Made by a program: the position numbers and the translations under genes. Below are positions 10,507 through 23,596 of a stretch of 64,000 bases of DNA, one piece after another (position 1 is the first letter of the stretch; each line of letters opens with the position of its first letter). The DNA is from Spironucleus salmonicida (taxonomy: Eukaryota): contig NC_090599.1 of the NCBI RefSeq assembly GCF_000497125.1, positions 620,001 to 684,000 on the forward strand, read 5' to 3'. The notes below the pieces were generated by a model. It had not been told where the DNA came from. It was given only the letters and a program-made list of their open reading frames with translations, and searched no databases.

Positions 10507-11145
10507 ATGTCCCAAATGGCCTATCTGATCGACAACTCGCCCACCTCGCGTGACATCCTGACGAACAATCAGGCGCTGGAGGCGTTTAAACTGCACTTTC
10601 TGGAGACCGTAAATAAGGAGATTGTGGACAACCGGGAGGCCGCGATTTCGCTCGTTTCGCTGAACCAGCGCCCTTCGCTGCTGTGCCCGCTGATCAACAG
10701 GCGATTTCCCCTGCAGGAGGCCTCGCGGAACTTCACTTTCGCGCCGCAATTCGACTTCGCGGGGCTCGCGCAGAAGCAGCTTTTCGACGGCCTGAAGCTC
10801 TGCCAGATGGCGCTAAACCAGAGGACGAACAAGCAGGTAAAGCCCAGAATCACTGCGCTAATTTGCACGGAAATCAATTTTTAGGACTTTGAAAAGGAGT
10901 GCAAAATTTTGAAAAAAGAGGGAGTGGAAATTCGATTTCTAATTGGATTGTTAGCAAAAAATTAGTACGATTTTTATGCATAAATTTGTGAGAAAATAGG
11001 TGAGAATTGCAGCGTTTCCTTGGTCGAAAACGAGACCTTTTTGGTCATCAAGAATTAGCAGGTCGATGACGATGACGAGGAGCTGCAGGCCGTTTTAGCG
11101 CTAAGCAGGAACGAATTTTTGGCTTAATAAGGAGCGGGATAGTGA
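10507..11145 (+). CDS. Divergent proteasome ubiquitin receptor Rpn10-like (vWA-like + UIM), 212 aa
   Basis: N-terminal YLIDNS resembles the Rpn10 vWA start. GLKLCQMALNQRTNKQVKPRI follows, with a C-terminal UIM DDDEELQAVLALSRNE. Ends TAG TGA. Confidence 0.75.
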
Positions 11146-11791
11146 TCGGAATTTGATTATTATATGATATATTTTGTAATGTAAAAAGTGGAGTAGGGAA
11201 AATTAATAATTATTATTATATAATTTAAATAATAAAGTTGAAAAACTGAAATTAAGTCGGAATAATAAAAATTAGTGGAAACTTACTATGAATATGATTT
11301 TGTTGTTATTACGCAAAATTTTAATTTTTAAATAGTTTGAATTATGCTGAAATAATAGGTTTTCTGAATTTGTTTTTACAGTTTGTGTAATTTGTATTTC
11401 TAGTATTTTGATTCTTCGGTGTGTATACGAATAGTTCAAAAAATATCTGGTTTTGAATTGTAATTATAATTTATGTCTATTGTATTGTGAGAGTTTTAGT
11501 AGTTTTGGTTTGTTCTTTAATATACTAATTTATATAGAATTAGGTTTAATATATCTCAAAAACAGTTATTCAAATAGTCACAAAACATGAATTGTTAATA
11601 TGAATTATATTTACAAAATATATAATATAAGTAAGAATAAATGATAATAATAACATATATTATATCGTTTTTAAAATATATCATATATAGTTTTTATATA
11701 ACTGTATAGTAAATACTCATTATCGACAAATATAAACTATAGATAAATGAGAACGTTTTTAAAATATATATTATATATAATTATAAACTAT

Positions 11792-12067
11792 ATGTACACA
11801 ACTAAAGAAATGAACATCAATATAGAACCTAGAACTATTACCTAATCAATGAGTAGGTAGAATGTGCTTCCCGAGTAAAGAACCCCTAGAATACTTAAGA
11901 GGAATTCTAGTTCCTTTAACTTTTGCGTTACGCCTTAAAAAATTTTAGACAAACTAGAATTGGATATTCTCCGTGGAACATCAGAATTAGAAATTTTAAA
12001 AAAGAGGTTGTAAAAAGTAGATAAATATTGTATTTAAATTGAAGATTAGTTGCATCAAAAACTGTGA
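11792..12067 (+). CDS. Small coiled-coil protein, 'DKLExDILxGT' family member 1, 91 aa
   Basis: TPRILKRNSSSF...LDKLELDILRGTSELEILKKRLQK. Paralogous to the genes at 12303 and 44620. Confidence 0.7.
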
Positions 12068-12168
12068 TCACTATAATTTTAGTATATTTATGTCTCGACA
12101 TTATATTTTGATATAGTATTGATATTCGTTTCTTGAATAATTACATTTTTTAAGACGTTTCAAAATTT

Positions 12169-12172
<4 letters not shown>

Positions 12173-12204
<32 letters not shown>
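12173..12204. repeat. (AT)n microsatellite
   Basis: About 16 AT units, lying between the two small paralogs. Confidence 0.9.
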
Positions 12205-12207
<3 letters not shown>

Positions 12208-12302
12208 AAAGTAGTAGGATTACTCAGTTGAAGTTTCACGTTTCTATACTTTTTAGAATAATATTTATATACTTTGTAAATAAAATTATTGGAAAATCAG
12301 AA

Positions 12303-12542
12303 ATGAGAAAAGCCAAGTCAATATAGTTAAGTAACCTTTAAATCACACAGACATAAGGAAATCCATCCATAGATTATATTAAATCCCCTAAAAGCCAAAC
12401 CCACATGAATAAGATGTTTGATACCTTAGAGATTAATATCTTAGTAGGAACTTAAAACCTACAAGCCATGCACAAGAGATTAAATAAACTACTATAGCTG
12501 AGCTAAGATTTGGAACAAAAAGTAGCTGAAATGATTCTGTGA
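12303..12542 (+). CDS. Small coiled-coil protein, 'DKLExDILxGT' family member 2, 79 aa
   Basis: MFDTLEINILVGTQNLQAMHKRLNK. Confidence 0.7.
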
Positions 12543-12796
12543 TTACTTTATAAATATTAATTTATTGTTAATGATCTGTATAAAAATAACTTTACTCGGT
12601 GTATTTACAATAAACCTTACTAAATCCCAGGTTAACTCTTCATTACTATTAAAATCATTCACCTGTCCCCAAAACTAGAGCGCACCAATAATTATTCCAA
12701 CTAAGTCATACCACTTTATTCGATCTTGATAATAGTATAATAATGAGATAATAATTTTAAAATTTGATACAGCTAAAAATTAAAAATCATGATAAT

Positions 12797-13720
12797 TCAC
12801 TACTAAAGCTCCTAGCTCACGATCTCCGCGCACATTTGTCCGAAAATATATCGCATTTCTCCAACCTCGCATTGAGCACCCTCCAAGAAGTTCTACACGT
12901 TCTTAACACCCACGGGCGCCCGGATGCACTCGATGGCTGCTTTTTTGTCGTTATAGCCGACTTTCCCCATGAAATTTTTACCATCTAGCGGATCGCCAAA
13001 AACGAAGTAGCCTGTGAATTTCTCCGCTTTGGGTGCACTGAATTTTTTCGTCTGAGAGATCGATACGCCGGTAAGCAACTGGTAGGCGTTGATAATTTAC
13101 TTCATTTTAATTTGTTCCTTAAAGGAATTCTACATTTCTGACTCGCTTTTGCTCAGCTTCATCGATAGATCCGAAAACTTTAGACTCTGGGCATCGGATT
13201 TAGTATTACTCGCAAGTCCCTTTGCCTATTACTGGAGACTTCGAATTTCAACTTCCTGTGCTCTGATTTTTGCCTAGAATTTTTCGTTAATTTGATCCTC
13301 TAAGGCTTTATTCTAGGTGGTGATCTGTTAGATCTCCTTTGCATGCTAGAGCACGTACGTATCTTAATTTTATTGTAATGTTTACAATAATGGTGTCAGC
13401 GTACTGAGCTGCGCAGAAACGTCTTCATTCGCGCTGAATAGCTCCCGGTACGCGCGCAGAAGCTGTTGATAATCGTCCGCTGAATAGATCTATCCAAAAT
13501 CATCAGGAGAGATTTTTTTGGTAGATGAGGTACGTTTTGACTTCGAGGGCTGCTATTTTGGGGCTGGTGGAGAAGGGGATGGCGACTAGGAGTAGGAATA
13601 GGAGTAATATGAGGACTATTCGGAGGGCTCTTATACTGGTAGTTTATGTTTGTGCCTTGATGAGGTTTTCTGATTATTCACAACGCGTTTTGTGTGATCT
13701 CTGGAACTTCTTGAAGGCAT
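12797..13720 (-). CDS. Coiled-coil protein with C-terminal globular domain, 307 aa
   Basis: Ser/Pro-rich N-terminus, heptad-rich middle, then AYQLLTGVSI and a beta-rich tail. Ends TAG TGA. Confidence 0.75.
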
Positions 13721-14112
13721 TATTAAAATTTGAAATGCCGATAAATTATACTAAGCTGTATATAATAATATAAATTAAAAATAATTTTGTATTTCTTATC
13801 TACATTGTAAATAAATGAATCACTCTGTGTCGTCCCCGGATTTTCTGTATAAATCAGTAAGTTAATGCCCTATGTTCTATCAGGAATTTAAATAATTGGT
13901 TTAAAAATTATCGATCCAAAAGGTTGACCTTTTTAGATTATATTAACAAGTTGAATATTTAGAGAATATTCTAGTGAATTTTGACTGATTAGGATTATTA
14001 AACAATTTATGTACTTTAAAGCTAAATGCTTATACAAGTTAATAAAAGTCACTACTCTTATCATTTTCATACAAACTAGAATAGTGTAATATTGTTTCGC
14101 TGTAATAAGACT

Positions 14113-15198
14113 TCACTAAGATATTATCTCAACCTCTTCAGAAAACCTTACACGTCTCGCTGAAATTTCTACATCTGAAAAGTAAAACTTATCAGGAGCA
14201 ATAGACATTTTCATTGAATTATAATTCTTCTTAACTAACTTCTCTTTACTCTAACTTCTTTTACTCAATTATTTTTAGTGTTCAATCTCAATTTATTCAA
14301 TTTCTTTCTATAATTTTTAAATTTCAGAATCTAATTTCTTAACGCCATCAATTTTTAAATCAGGTTTTACTTTAATTTCTTATTTCCATTCTTTGATACT
14401 CTCTTTTTTAATAAATTATTATACTATATTGTCTATTTAAAAAGTTTTTCGCTTACGCTCCGTCCATTTCTCACCGTTTTTCCCAAAAACCTAATTTCCA
14501 ATATCAATAATAATAGTAGCACATTTTTTGCAATCAATTTCAGCTCCAATCCTATTCTGTATTTCAATTTAAAATTCATTCTGCCTTCCCATTTCTTTTT
14601 TTAATATATCGCCAAAAATTGTCGACTTAGGATCAATTTTTTTGTTTAAAATAAATATTTACGCAGCAAACTTTTATAGCTTTAAGAAATTACTCTTTAT
14701 AAGAGAATTGGAAAATTAAACGGTAGGTAAATTTGCATTTTGATATAATTCACTTTAGGCTAGAAACCTTTTTAAAATTAGATTCTGTGCTGGTTTTTAT
14801 GGTTTATAGACTATTTAGCTAGGCTGCGCTGGCTATAGAGAAATATTAATTTCTGATATAGATGGTTAATCTAGTTTAACAGGCTTATTAAGTTTTAAGA
14901 CTGTAGAAAAATGATTTGCTTTTAAACTTTCATATTTCGGGGAACTAATATGTTCTGTGATTGAAGATTCTCTTAGTGGTAAATTTTATTCATGAAAGTT
15001 AGATAAGATGTCAATTTCATGCTTAAGAAGAGATGGTGAGTCGATTTGTGGAGGATTTCTTAAAGCATTAACAAAATCTTCAAAAGATTCAGAATCTGGT
15101 GAATTTTATATATCTGGGTCAAAAAGATAGTCTAATGCTAGAGGTTTATCGTGTTTGATATCATTTAGGAGTGATACAAAGTCATCGGAAAATTCCAT
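14113..15198 (-). CDS. Hypothetical protein with C-terminal RVxF-like motif, 361 aa
   Basis: TGA-free frame checked. Ends ARRVRFSEEVEIISQ with TAG TGA. Confidence 0.75.
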
Positions 15199-15293
15199 TT
15201 TTAATAGGGTATTAATTTTTAGTATTTATAATAATATTAAGAATATGAATAATGAAGTATAATTTTATTATATAATAATAGTATGCCTTAAAA

Positions 15294-15656
15294 ATGCGAG
15301 GCGCTTTTAAATCTACAAATTTTTCTTTTAATAGATCAGTACTAGCCTCGACAGATTAAAAAAGAGGATATTTTGCAGAATAAAGCTAGAAAGCCATTGA
15401 GAACACGTTATTAAAAATTGAACCAACAAAATAATTTTAAAGACGACCTAGATCATAACTATTTGCTTTAAGATCATCCTGTAACAATGAGCTTTATTAA
15501 CCAATTGACTCATTTCAGTCATCTTAAGTAGGTATATTTAGCAAAGAATTAGTAAAGTACAGGTAGGAGAAAATGTTTCTTAGTAATGTAGAAAAAGAGA
15601 CCGGGTTTATGTACAAAAAGGGGATTAAGTTTAGTATGAGTAGTAGAATTTAGTGA
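15294..15656 (+). CDS. Hypothetical protein, 120 aa
   Basis: AAAATG start, ends TAG TGA. Confidence 0.55.
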
Positions 15657-15670
15657 GATAAAACTGATAA

Positions 15671-16030
15671 TCAATCTAAACTTATAAAGCTGAAACTTTA
15701 TTCAACTAATGTAAAAGAATTCTATTTATAACTTCTCCAACCTTGTGGAATATATTTAAAGTTACGAAACTCTTACAGATATGTTTTATCAATAGGGATT
15801 GACTGATCAATGGGCAATAAAATTGTATGATTTAAATATTAAACGTACTAGTATTAACCCTTTCTAATAATAATTAGATCAGTATCTTCTAAGTCTAGAA
15901 CAACATCTCCAGTTTTAAAATGTAAAGTGATTAAATTATCTTATGAGGTAATATCTATATATGATTCAATGATGTTTTCAGCAGATGGCTATAGATATGT
16001 CCGCATCAAATATTTACAGGTAATAGACAT
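15671..16030 (-). CDS. Hypothetical protein, 119 aa
   Basis: MSITCKYLMRTY...FSFISLD. Convergent with the preceding gene, 14 nt apart. Confidence 0.55.
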
Positions 16031-17002
16031 TTCTGAATTAAGTATACGTATATATATAAGGAATTATTTAACTACTTAAAAAAATTAGAGAGTTTATTTA
16101 TTTTATAGAGATTTACTGTTATATTGGTATTTAAGAATCACAATTAATACCAAGTTGAATTTATGTATAATTAATCTCCTTAAGTTCCAAATATAAACAA
16201 TTCTGTATATAAAAATTATTTGTATTATATAATGTACTAATATAAATTATACACATAGTTTAATATGTAAAGTGCTCTGCTTAACTAGATATTTATATAA
16301 AAAATGATTTTTAAATTTGTGTAAATATTCTACTTCTATATAAATTATTACCAATTTTAATTATATAGTTACTGATATTCTGAGAGTATTGTGATTTATC
16401 ATAATAATAAATTTAAAAATCTGTAAAAACTGAAATAACATTAAGAATTATTATTAAATAATAATTTATTGTTATCGAGTACACTAATTAGTAAATTTAA
16501 TTTCATGAATATAAAGATAAAATTATTTGATGTAAAGTACATAATAGTGATATAAATTCAAGGACTAGGTTATGATAAGCAAAAATAATGAACCTCTTGA
16601 CAAGCTAAATTTTAGTAACAATAAATAATCAAATTATTTATTAGCTATTAATGGATTAAAATAACACCGTAGGATTTTTTTAAAGGAATTTTAGAATTTT
16701 TAATAATAAACTTTATACTTAACGAATACTCGTATTAAAAGGAGTTAAATAATTTAAACTAATAAAACGTATCTATTATAAGATATATTGTATATGTTTA
16801 TATTATGTAAACTTCTGGGTTTATTCGAAGTAGATACAAAATTAAAATATAACAGACGGTTATTACTTATTTTTAATTTCTAAATATAATAATTATATAA
16901 TTTATAATCATAACTTTAGATATTAATAACTCGCTGTCTTTTTATAAACTAAAATATAGAAAAATAGATACAATTATCTTTTAAATATTTTATTCTCACT
17001 AT

Positions 17003-18923
17003 AAATGAGTGTCACACCGGACGCGATCAACATCATCCACAAGGGCAGCGGGGACGACGGCCTCCTGCCCGCCAAGCTACCACGGGAATCCTCTAAACCG
17101 TACCTAGCGTACCGCAAGTTCGTCGAGTTCTTCTTCCCACCCTCGGTATCGGACGGCGGTTGCTCGCGCCTGATCTCTATCGAGTTCACCCGCGGCATCG
17201 CCATCTTTATCATGATAGTCGGTCACGAGGCCCTGACCTCACTGTCGCTGGAGGAGCGGACATCGCCAGTGCTGTGGCGCAAGCTGCTGTTCTACGCGCT
17301 TGTGACGCCCATCGGGGTGCTGACGGGGTGGCGGTCCATCTTCGTCCTGCTTTCGGGGATCGGGATGGGATACTCCTTCTTCCAGAAGATCACGTACCCG
17401 AACCCCCGCCATATGGTTGCGTAGACACTGCTCTCGCTGCTGGGGTGCGTGCTGCTGCTCCCGCTGTACTACGTGTACCACACGCTGCAGGTTCTATCCT
17501 ACCAGGACCCGCTCGGAGACTTCAAACTGGCCACACCCTTCTACACCAAGCTCGACACGCTGTCCCAGGCGCCCATCTTCTTCGGTCTCTCGCTGCCGCT
17601 CACGCTGCTCGTGTTGCTCGCGCTATACCTGTGCATCGGCTTCCCACTGCGCAAGCGCCTGTCGCAGGAGCGCATTCTGGTCGTTATCGCAGTGGTGTGC
17701 ACCGTGATTGCTTGCCTGCAGAACTTCCTCTTTTCCTACGTCTCTCTCGGGTTGCGCCACCTATTTTCCCGTACCTGGAAGTACGAGAACATCCCCGCTG
17801 CGGACTGGCCAATCGAGTGTCCCGCGAATAAGCTCAATCAGCAGACCTTATTCGGGGCGCACATCCAGTCCATCTTCATGCACTTCCTCGCCGGGGAGGT
17901 TATGCAGGTGAACCCGCTCTTCAGCTACTTCTTCGTTGGCTTCGCCTACGCCGCCATGCTCGTGCGCTTCAAGCTCATCAAGAAGCAGCTGCTCGACCGC
18001 GATGACCGTGAGGAGGCAGCCACCGCGTACCAGGCCGAGCGCCGCCGGTACATTATTATGGGCTGGGCCTACCCCGCGTTCTGGTTCCTCATCAGCGTGC
18101 TCGTTAGCGTACAGGCGCGCCAGGAACTCAAGTCCGGGCTCCGCAGCTACGTCTTCGACATCACCATGTTCCTTGCGAGCCAGCAGCCCACCGACTGGTG
18201 CCTGGTGCCTGAGTTTTCCTGCCCCACGCTGGTTGCGGAGATAGTGCTCCTGAACCTCGGCTTCTACCTCTTCGAATTCGGTACCAAGCCGGTGACCTAC
18301 GTACGCACGCAGCGTATCCTCTTCCTCCGTCGTTTTTCCTCGATGAGCTTCACCTACTTCGTGTTCTCGCGCTACCTCGGCAGACCAATGTACAGCATCC
18401 TACGCGTCAGCAAACTCAACTCGCTCACCACGCTGCAGTTCTACGGCTACATGGGCATCTACTTCTGTGTAACGCTCTGCATCCAGCTCGCGCTCGACAC
18501 CATCTACTGCCGGCTTATGCCAGACTGGATCATCAAGCGGTGGTCAGACCTGTTCATGGTCAAGAAGAGCGCCCGCACCGAGCTCAGCGATAACCACCTC
18601 AACGTGCGGCCGGTAATCCTGTTCGGCAAGGTGCTAGAGTGAGTCAGATACCAACTCAGAAATACGCCCCGGGGCCAGGCGCCGTCTCCCTCGCCGGCTT
18701 CTTGTGCCGCTCCTGGATCAGCAGCGAACCCCCGCGCTTTTGCACGACCACGTTGTACTCCCCGGGTCCTACGGTAGGCTTAGGCTGCCGCTCCTGCATC
18801 TGGCTGAACTTAGCGCTCACGTTCTGGAAGATGCGGTCCCGCGAGATCTCGTATTGGCCAGGGCCGGGCGCCGTGCCACGCTCCGGGGCGGCCTCCCGCT
18901 TCTGCCCGATGTACCCGCCCTTC
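17003..18923. repeat. Direct segmental duplication, copy A (pairs with 23595-25515)
   Basis: Near-identical 1.92 kb at offset 6592. One difference seen, Pro/Ser at codon 5. Confidence 0.95.
17005..18642 (+). CDS. Multi-pass membrane protein, HGSNAT/DUF1624-like transmembrane acyltransferase, 545 aa (copy A)
   Basis: Track ORFs 17005 and 17449 are one frame joined through a TAG. RLISIEFTRGIAIFIMIVGH motif and many TM segments. Ends GAG TGA. Confidence 0.8.
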
Positions 18924-19831
18924 GGCTATGTATCAGGGATGTATGTTGGTCCAGGAGTTGGATCGACTTTATTTTCATTCCTATCAAAAATCTTACCACC
19001 TTTTCCGTTGAGTGTGCTTTTTTATGGCTACATCGCTATATCATGTGTTTCTACTTTATTCAAGTCGTTGCGATTACTTTTTGACATGAGTCCACCTGCT
19101 GTAGTAACCCATTCCCCTACCTTCTAGTGATCACCAGGGCCTGGTCCAATTGATGATTTTTCTAAAGGTTTTGTTGCAATAGAGAAACTTTTGCCTGATA
19201 TAACAGTAGCGTCATAAGAGCCTGGTCCTGGAGTCGCATCTTTTTGAACACTCTATACTTTTTAGGCTATATATCCATTAGTTCCTTGAGGTTTACGTGA
19301 TATATCATATTCTCCAGGTCCGACTGATATTTTTTGTGATTTTTCTTATAATTATGAGAATTTTGAACTTTGAGTCTTTAAAAACGATTCTCTATTAATA
19401 GTATATTACCCGGGGCCAGGAAGGAAATTTTTTCGTGATTCTTATCGCTTCTCTCCAATATAACTACCTTTCGGTTTTTCTCCAGGTAGCACATAATAAT
19501 CTGGTCCTGCCTATACTTTGGTATTTCGTTTTTCAAAAATTGTACCTCCTTTTTAATTAAGACTAGATAACTAACCAACAAGATCTACATCAGGATTTTA
19601 AGATTTTTTTTCTGGTATTCTCGCACTCTAAGTCATTTTACCCCCTGGGAGTGCTTTCCACACTTCTGGTTTTTAATAAGATCCAGGACCAGGAGTATCT
19701 TTAACAACATTGCTCATATGCGACGGTGGTATAGTAATAGGTTTTGTATTTCCAAATGCGCATGGTAGAGATGATTTACTAAGGGCTTTCAGTCTTTATT
19801 ACTTAAGAATCTCATCGCGCGCGGTAAGCAT
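18656..19831 (-). CDS. SHIPPO-1/ODF3-like PGPGxY repeat axonemal protein, 391 aa
   Basis: Repeated TPGPGSY, VGPGEY, APGPGQY, VGPGEY and APGPGAYF units. Confidence 0.85.
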
Positions 19832-20317
19832 TATTTAGATTTTAGAAAGATAATCTGCACTTATTATATATTCAATATATTTATTTATTTTACTCACAAC
19901 TAATTATGAAAATTTAACGATGATCACGAAAGCACTGATATCTTCAGTTATATATTATATCTGCTCAAATAGCAAGCTAGATTATTTATTAATAATCATT
20001 CAGTACTTTATTTAGTACTCTTTCATCAAAAATATATATAATAAATATTAAATAAAGTTCATATCTTCATAATCGTTTATATTAATTTCAGAAATAAGTA
20101 TCCCATAAATAAATTTAGTGAATGATACTAAATGTAGTAATTTTACTAAAATGAAAAGGTTTAACTTTAATAATAAATTTATATAATAAAAATCATATTT
20201 CTATCAAAACTATTGCAAATTATATAATATTGCTTAGAATATATTTTGGTATAAACTTTCACGATGCTTAAGAGCTAATTAAAAGATGAAATTCAATAAA
20301 AATAAGAGCATTCATTT

Positions 20318-21037
20318 TCAAAGTTCGTCTTTGCTAGACAGTTTCAGTTCTAGCTTGACGACAGCTTCTTCAAGTTCACGAATACGTAATCTTAGACTAT
20401 GTTCCATATAGTTACGAATAGCTCTTACACTTTACCCTTTCCACTCTTCCCACTGTGGTTCAACTAGATCTGCAACTGACGTGACTTTGAGATATTTATC
20501 ATTTCGCATGATAACACCACTTTCATATATTTTAAGTTTCTCGCAAATATCTGGTAATTATTCGCAGTAAATAATACTAATGGTTTCATTAATAACAGTT
20601 GAAAATCTGCTCATAAACCCAAGAATAGTTACACAATGCTCACATGTAGGTGTGATAAAAATAGTAGTAACATTTTCAATGTATTCAGATACTTAAACTA
20701 AATTTGGACTAGCTTCAGTAGTCTTCAATTATAAGTACATTTTGAGCCTAGAATTTGTCAAAGGGTAATCTAGTTTCTCAGCAGACCCGTCTTAAATACT
20801 GAGTACAAATATTTAAGGTATTTATGCAAATTCTGGGAGCTTAAATACTTCTACATTGGCTGGATCTTTCTTATCGACAAAGAAAAATTTTAGTCCCGAA
20901 AATGATGATTCCAACGAAGAAAATTCATTTTTAAAAGTAAATGGAGCAGAAAAATCATCAAAATAAACAGCAACTGAGTAGTTCTGTTATTTTATATATT
21001 CAAACGTAACAGTCTCAATACAAAGATAAATCAACAT
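20318..21037 (-). CDS. PDI/thioredoxin-like ER protein with CEHC and C-terminal KDEL, 239 aa
   Basis: Short hydrophobic N-terminus, FITPTCEHC, YCEQLPDICEKLKI, and a terminus of LSSKDEL-TGA. Confidence 0.8.
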
Positions 21038-21084
21038 TAAAGTGAAGTGGTGCGGATAATTGATATTAACATATAATATTCCAC

Positions 21085-22053
21085 TCAGATATCAGGAACG
21101 ATAAAACGGCCCTTTTACGCAATAATACTTGGCAGCTTCTCCTTCAGTTTCACATCTTCTAGAGGGTCTCTATAAAATTAGCCCATATCTAATTTGTATC
21201 GTGCACATACCCTTTTAAGCCCCAGCATCGCATATTAGAGCTATTTTCGGACGCCGACCGCCTCACTTTCCTGCTGGTTAATTTGGCTCTTCCACTCCAA
21301 ATACTATACTTTCCATTGCCGTAATAGCACCAATTCGTCGTCGTTATCCTTAAGTGCCTTATCTTAGTCAATAATTTTTCGTTCCAATTCCAAGTTTTTC
21401 TTCTTTAAGATCATGTTGCGCTTTCCAAGCTGCATCACCTCCTCCCGGTTTATTTCGGCGTCCAATTCGAGCTCTTTAATGCGCTTTTCGGCCTTCATTC
21501 CAAACTCCAAATTCTTCCACAATTCTTCATCCTGGCTCCGCAGTTGCAGCCGCAAGACTTCCTTTTCCGCAAGCGCACAACGCGCCTTATCTGGCAGTTT
21601 CCGGAGTTCTTTGTCGACGTTGTTCTCGATTGTGTTCTCAAGCTGCAGTTGGAACTCGGCCGCTAACCCGGCACGAATTTGTGTCACTTCATCGCGGGTC
21701 TGCTGTATGGAGATCTTGTGTGATTTACGAAGCGTAATCTGCTCGTCGCGCAGCGTGCTGATCTGCTGCTTCAGGATCTCGTTCTCCCGTCGGAAGATGA
21801 GTAGTGTGGCAACCTCCTCGGATTTCGTAGAGATCTCGATCTGGAATGCCGTGACCTCGCCCTTCAAGACCATAATTTGTTGCTCGAAGTTGTACGAAAG
21901 GTTGTTGATTTCGCTTATTTGCTTGTTCCTAAGCTCCTAGAGCTAGTGCTCTGCACGCGCAAGACGTTCATCTTTTTCATCGATAGTTGAGCGTAGATAG
22001 GCCGTCAAAGCCTCAGACTGACGTAGTTTTTGCTGTAGGTCGTCGATATCCAT
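21085..22053 (-). CDS. Coiled-coil protein, CFAP157-like (cilia/flagella-associated), 322 aa
   Basis: Long heptad pattern. LPDKARCALAEKEVLRLQL...LGKRN recalls CFAP157 (by-eye resemblance only). Confidence 0.6.
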
Positions 22054-23596
22054 TTGAAATGCGTGTGGAAAAATATATAGGAAAATATATAATAATTAGA
22101 CTAAAAACTTAGAGAAATTGCAATGGAATTGGCAAAATGTGTAGTTTATGAGCGAAGTGATAGGTGAGGTCTATGTATAGGCATATGAGTTTTAAAATTT
22201 ATTAGTGTCGGTTTTATTCCAATGAATAGATAATAGTAACTAGAAAAAAATAATTTATAAGATTTAAGGTAAAATTAATGAATCTTTTATATGTGATTAA
22301 AAATAGGTTTTGGTTTTGCTTTAATACACTATGTATAGTGTTTTTGAAGTTATAATTAGGTGTGGTATTTTTGGAATGAAATTAACTATTAGTAAGAAGA
22401 ATGAGTTTCTCTTGAACCATATTAAATGATAGATAAATTTTGATATGTAAATAATGTTGGTAGTTATATAAAGCCAATAGCTTCAAGTTGGTATAATTTA
22501 TCTTTAATGATGTTCTAAAAACTAAAAAGTTTTAAAGTTTACGAATTAATACATATTCAAACTAGCAAATTATTATATGAATTAATAAATTATCGATCTA
22601 TGCCTCTTATTTATCAGTATAAATAAAAAATTAGAAAACTAAGAATAAGATATTTAACTGCTTGCATTAATATTATTCTTACGATAGTCTTGCTATTTCA
22701 AAATTTATTGTTGTCATTATGTATATAATTGCTATTTAACTTTTAATCAGTAAATTTGATTATTTAAATTGAGACTATGCTTGATTCAATTTTCAGGTTA
22801 AAAAATATATATACGCAAGTGATATTTTGGTTTTGTAAACTATTCAATCATATAGCTAGTATTTCATATTGAGGTATTTATACTCCGGGTTAAAATGGTT
22901 ATTGCATATTCAAAACATCATACTTCAATTTATATTTCATATATCAATAGCTTTTAACTTCATTTATTTTTATATTAGTATGTTTATGAATAAATAATAT
23001 TATTAATATATAACGTAAAATTAGTAGTTATAATCCTAAAGAGGAATAATAATTATTTATAATAGATCTTTTATAATATGTCAAAAAAACAAAGAAATGT
23101 TATAAATGACAGATAAAGTAATTTTCTTTTATTTTGTAAAACTAATAGAGGCGATATATATTATTATTTAGTATTAGTTACTACTATGCATCAATTTTAG
23201 TATGAGTACATTGCAAAAAATATTTACATATAATTTTTCGTACAATATCTATTAAATGTATCAATAGTTAATTATTTTATTGTTCACATATGAAATTAAT
23301 AAAGATAAATAAAGATAATTCCGGATAATTATGTATACCATTTTTTCTAAATACAAAATTATTAAACTAATAAGTAATTATTTACTTCTTAGAATAATCG
23401 TAACATATTTAAAAATAATAACTGATGAATGTATTCATAATATATTCTACAAGTAAAAAGAAAAAACTACTTTCTTTTTGATTAAATATATAAAATAAAT
23501 GTTATTGTATTAGAATTCTTTTATGTTTAAACCGCTTAAGAGATCAATGTATTTAATTAAATTAACTAATTTATTAAAAAAATCAGTAATCTAAAA

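Noticed and set aside
18656-19700. Short recurring GGACCAGG/CCTGGTCC-type repeats as a CRISPR-like array
   Set aside because: They encode PGPG peptide repeats, are degenerate at the DNA level, and the genome is eukaryotic.
22060-23590. Long AT-rich intervals (also about 16050-17000, 42500-43400, 54650-55400) as possible RNA genes or hidden CDS
   Set aside because: No tRNA/rRNA-like structure or convincing ORF seen by eye. Small genes cannot be excluded without tRNAscan, Infernal or RNA-seq.
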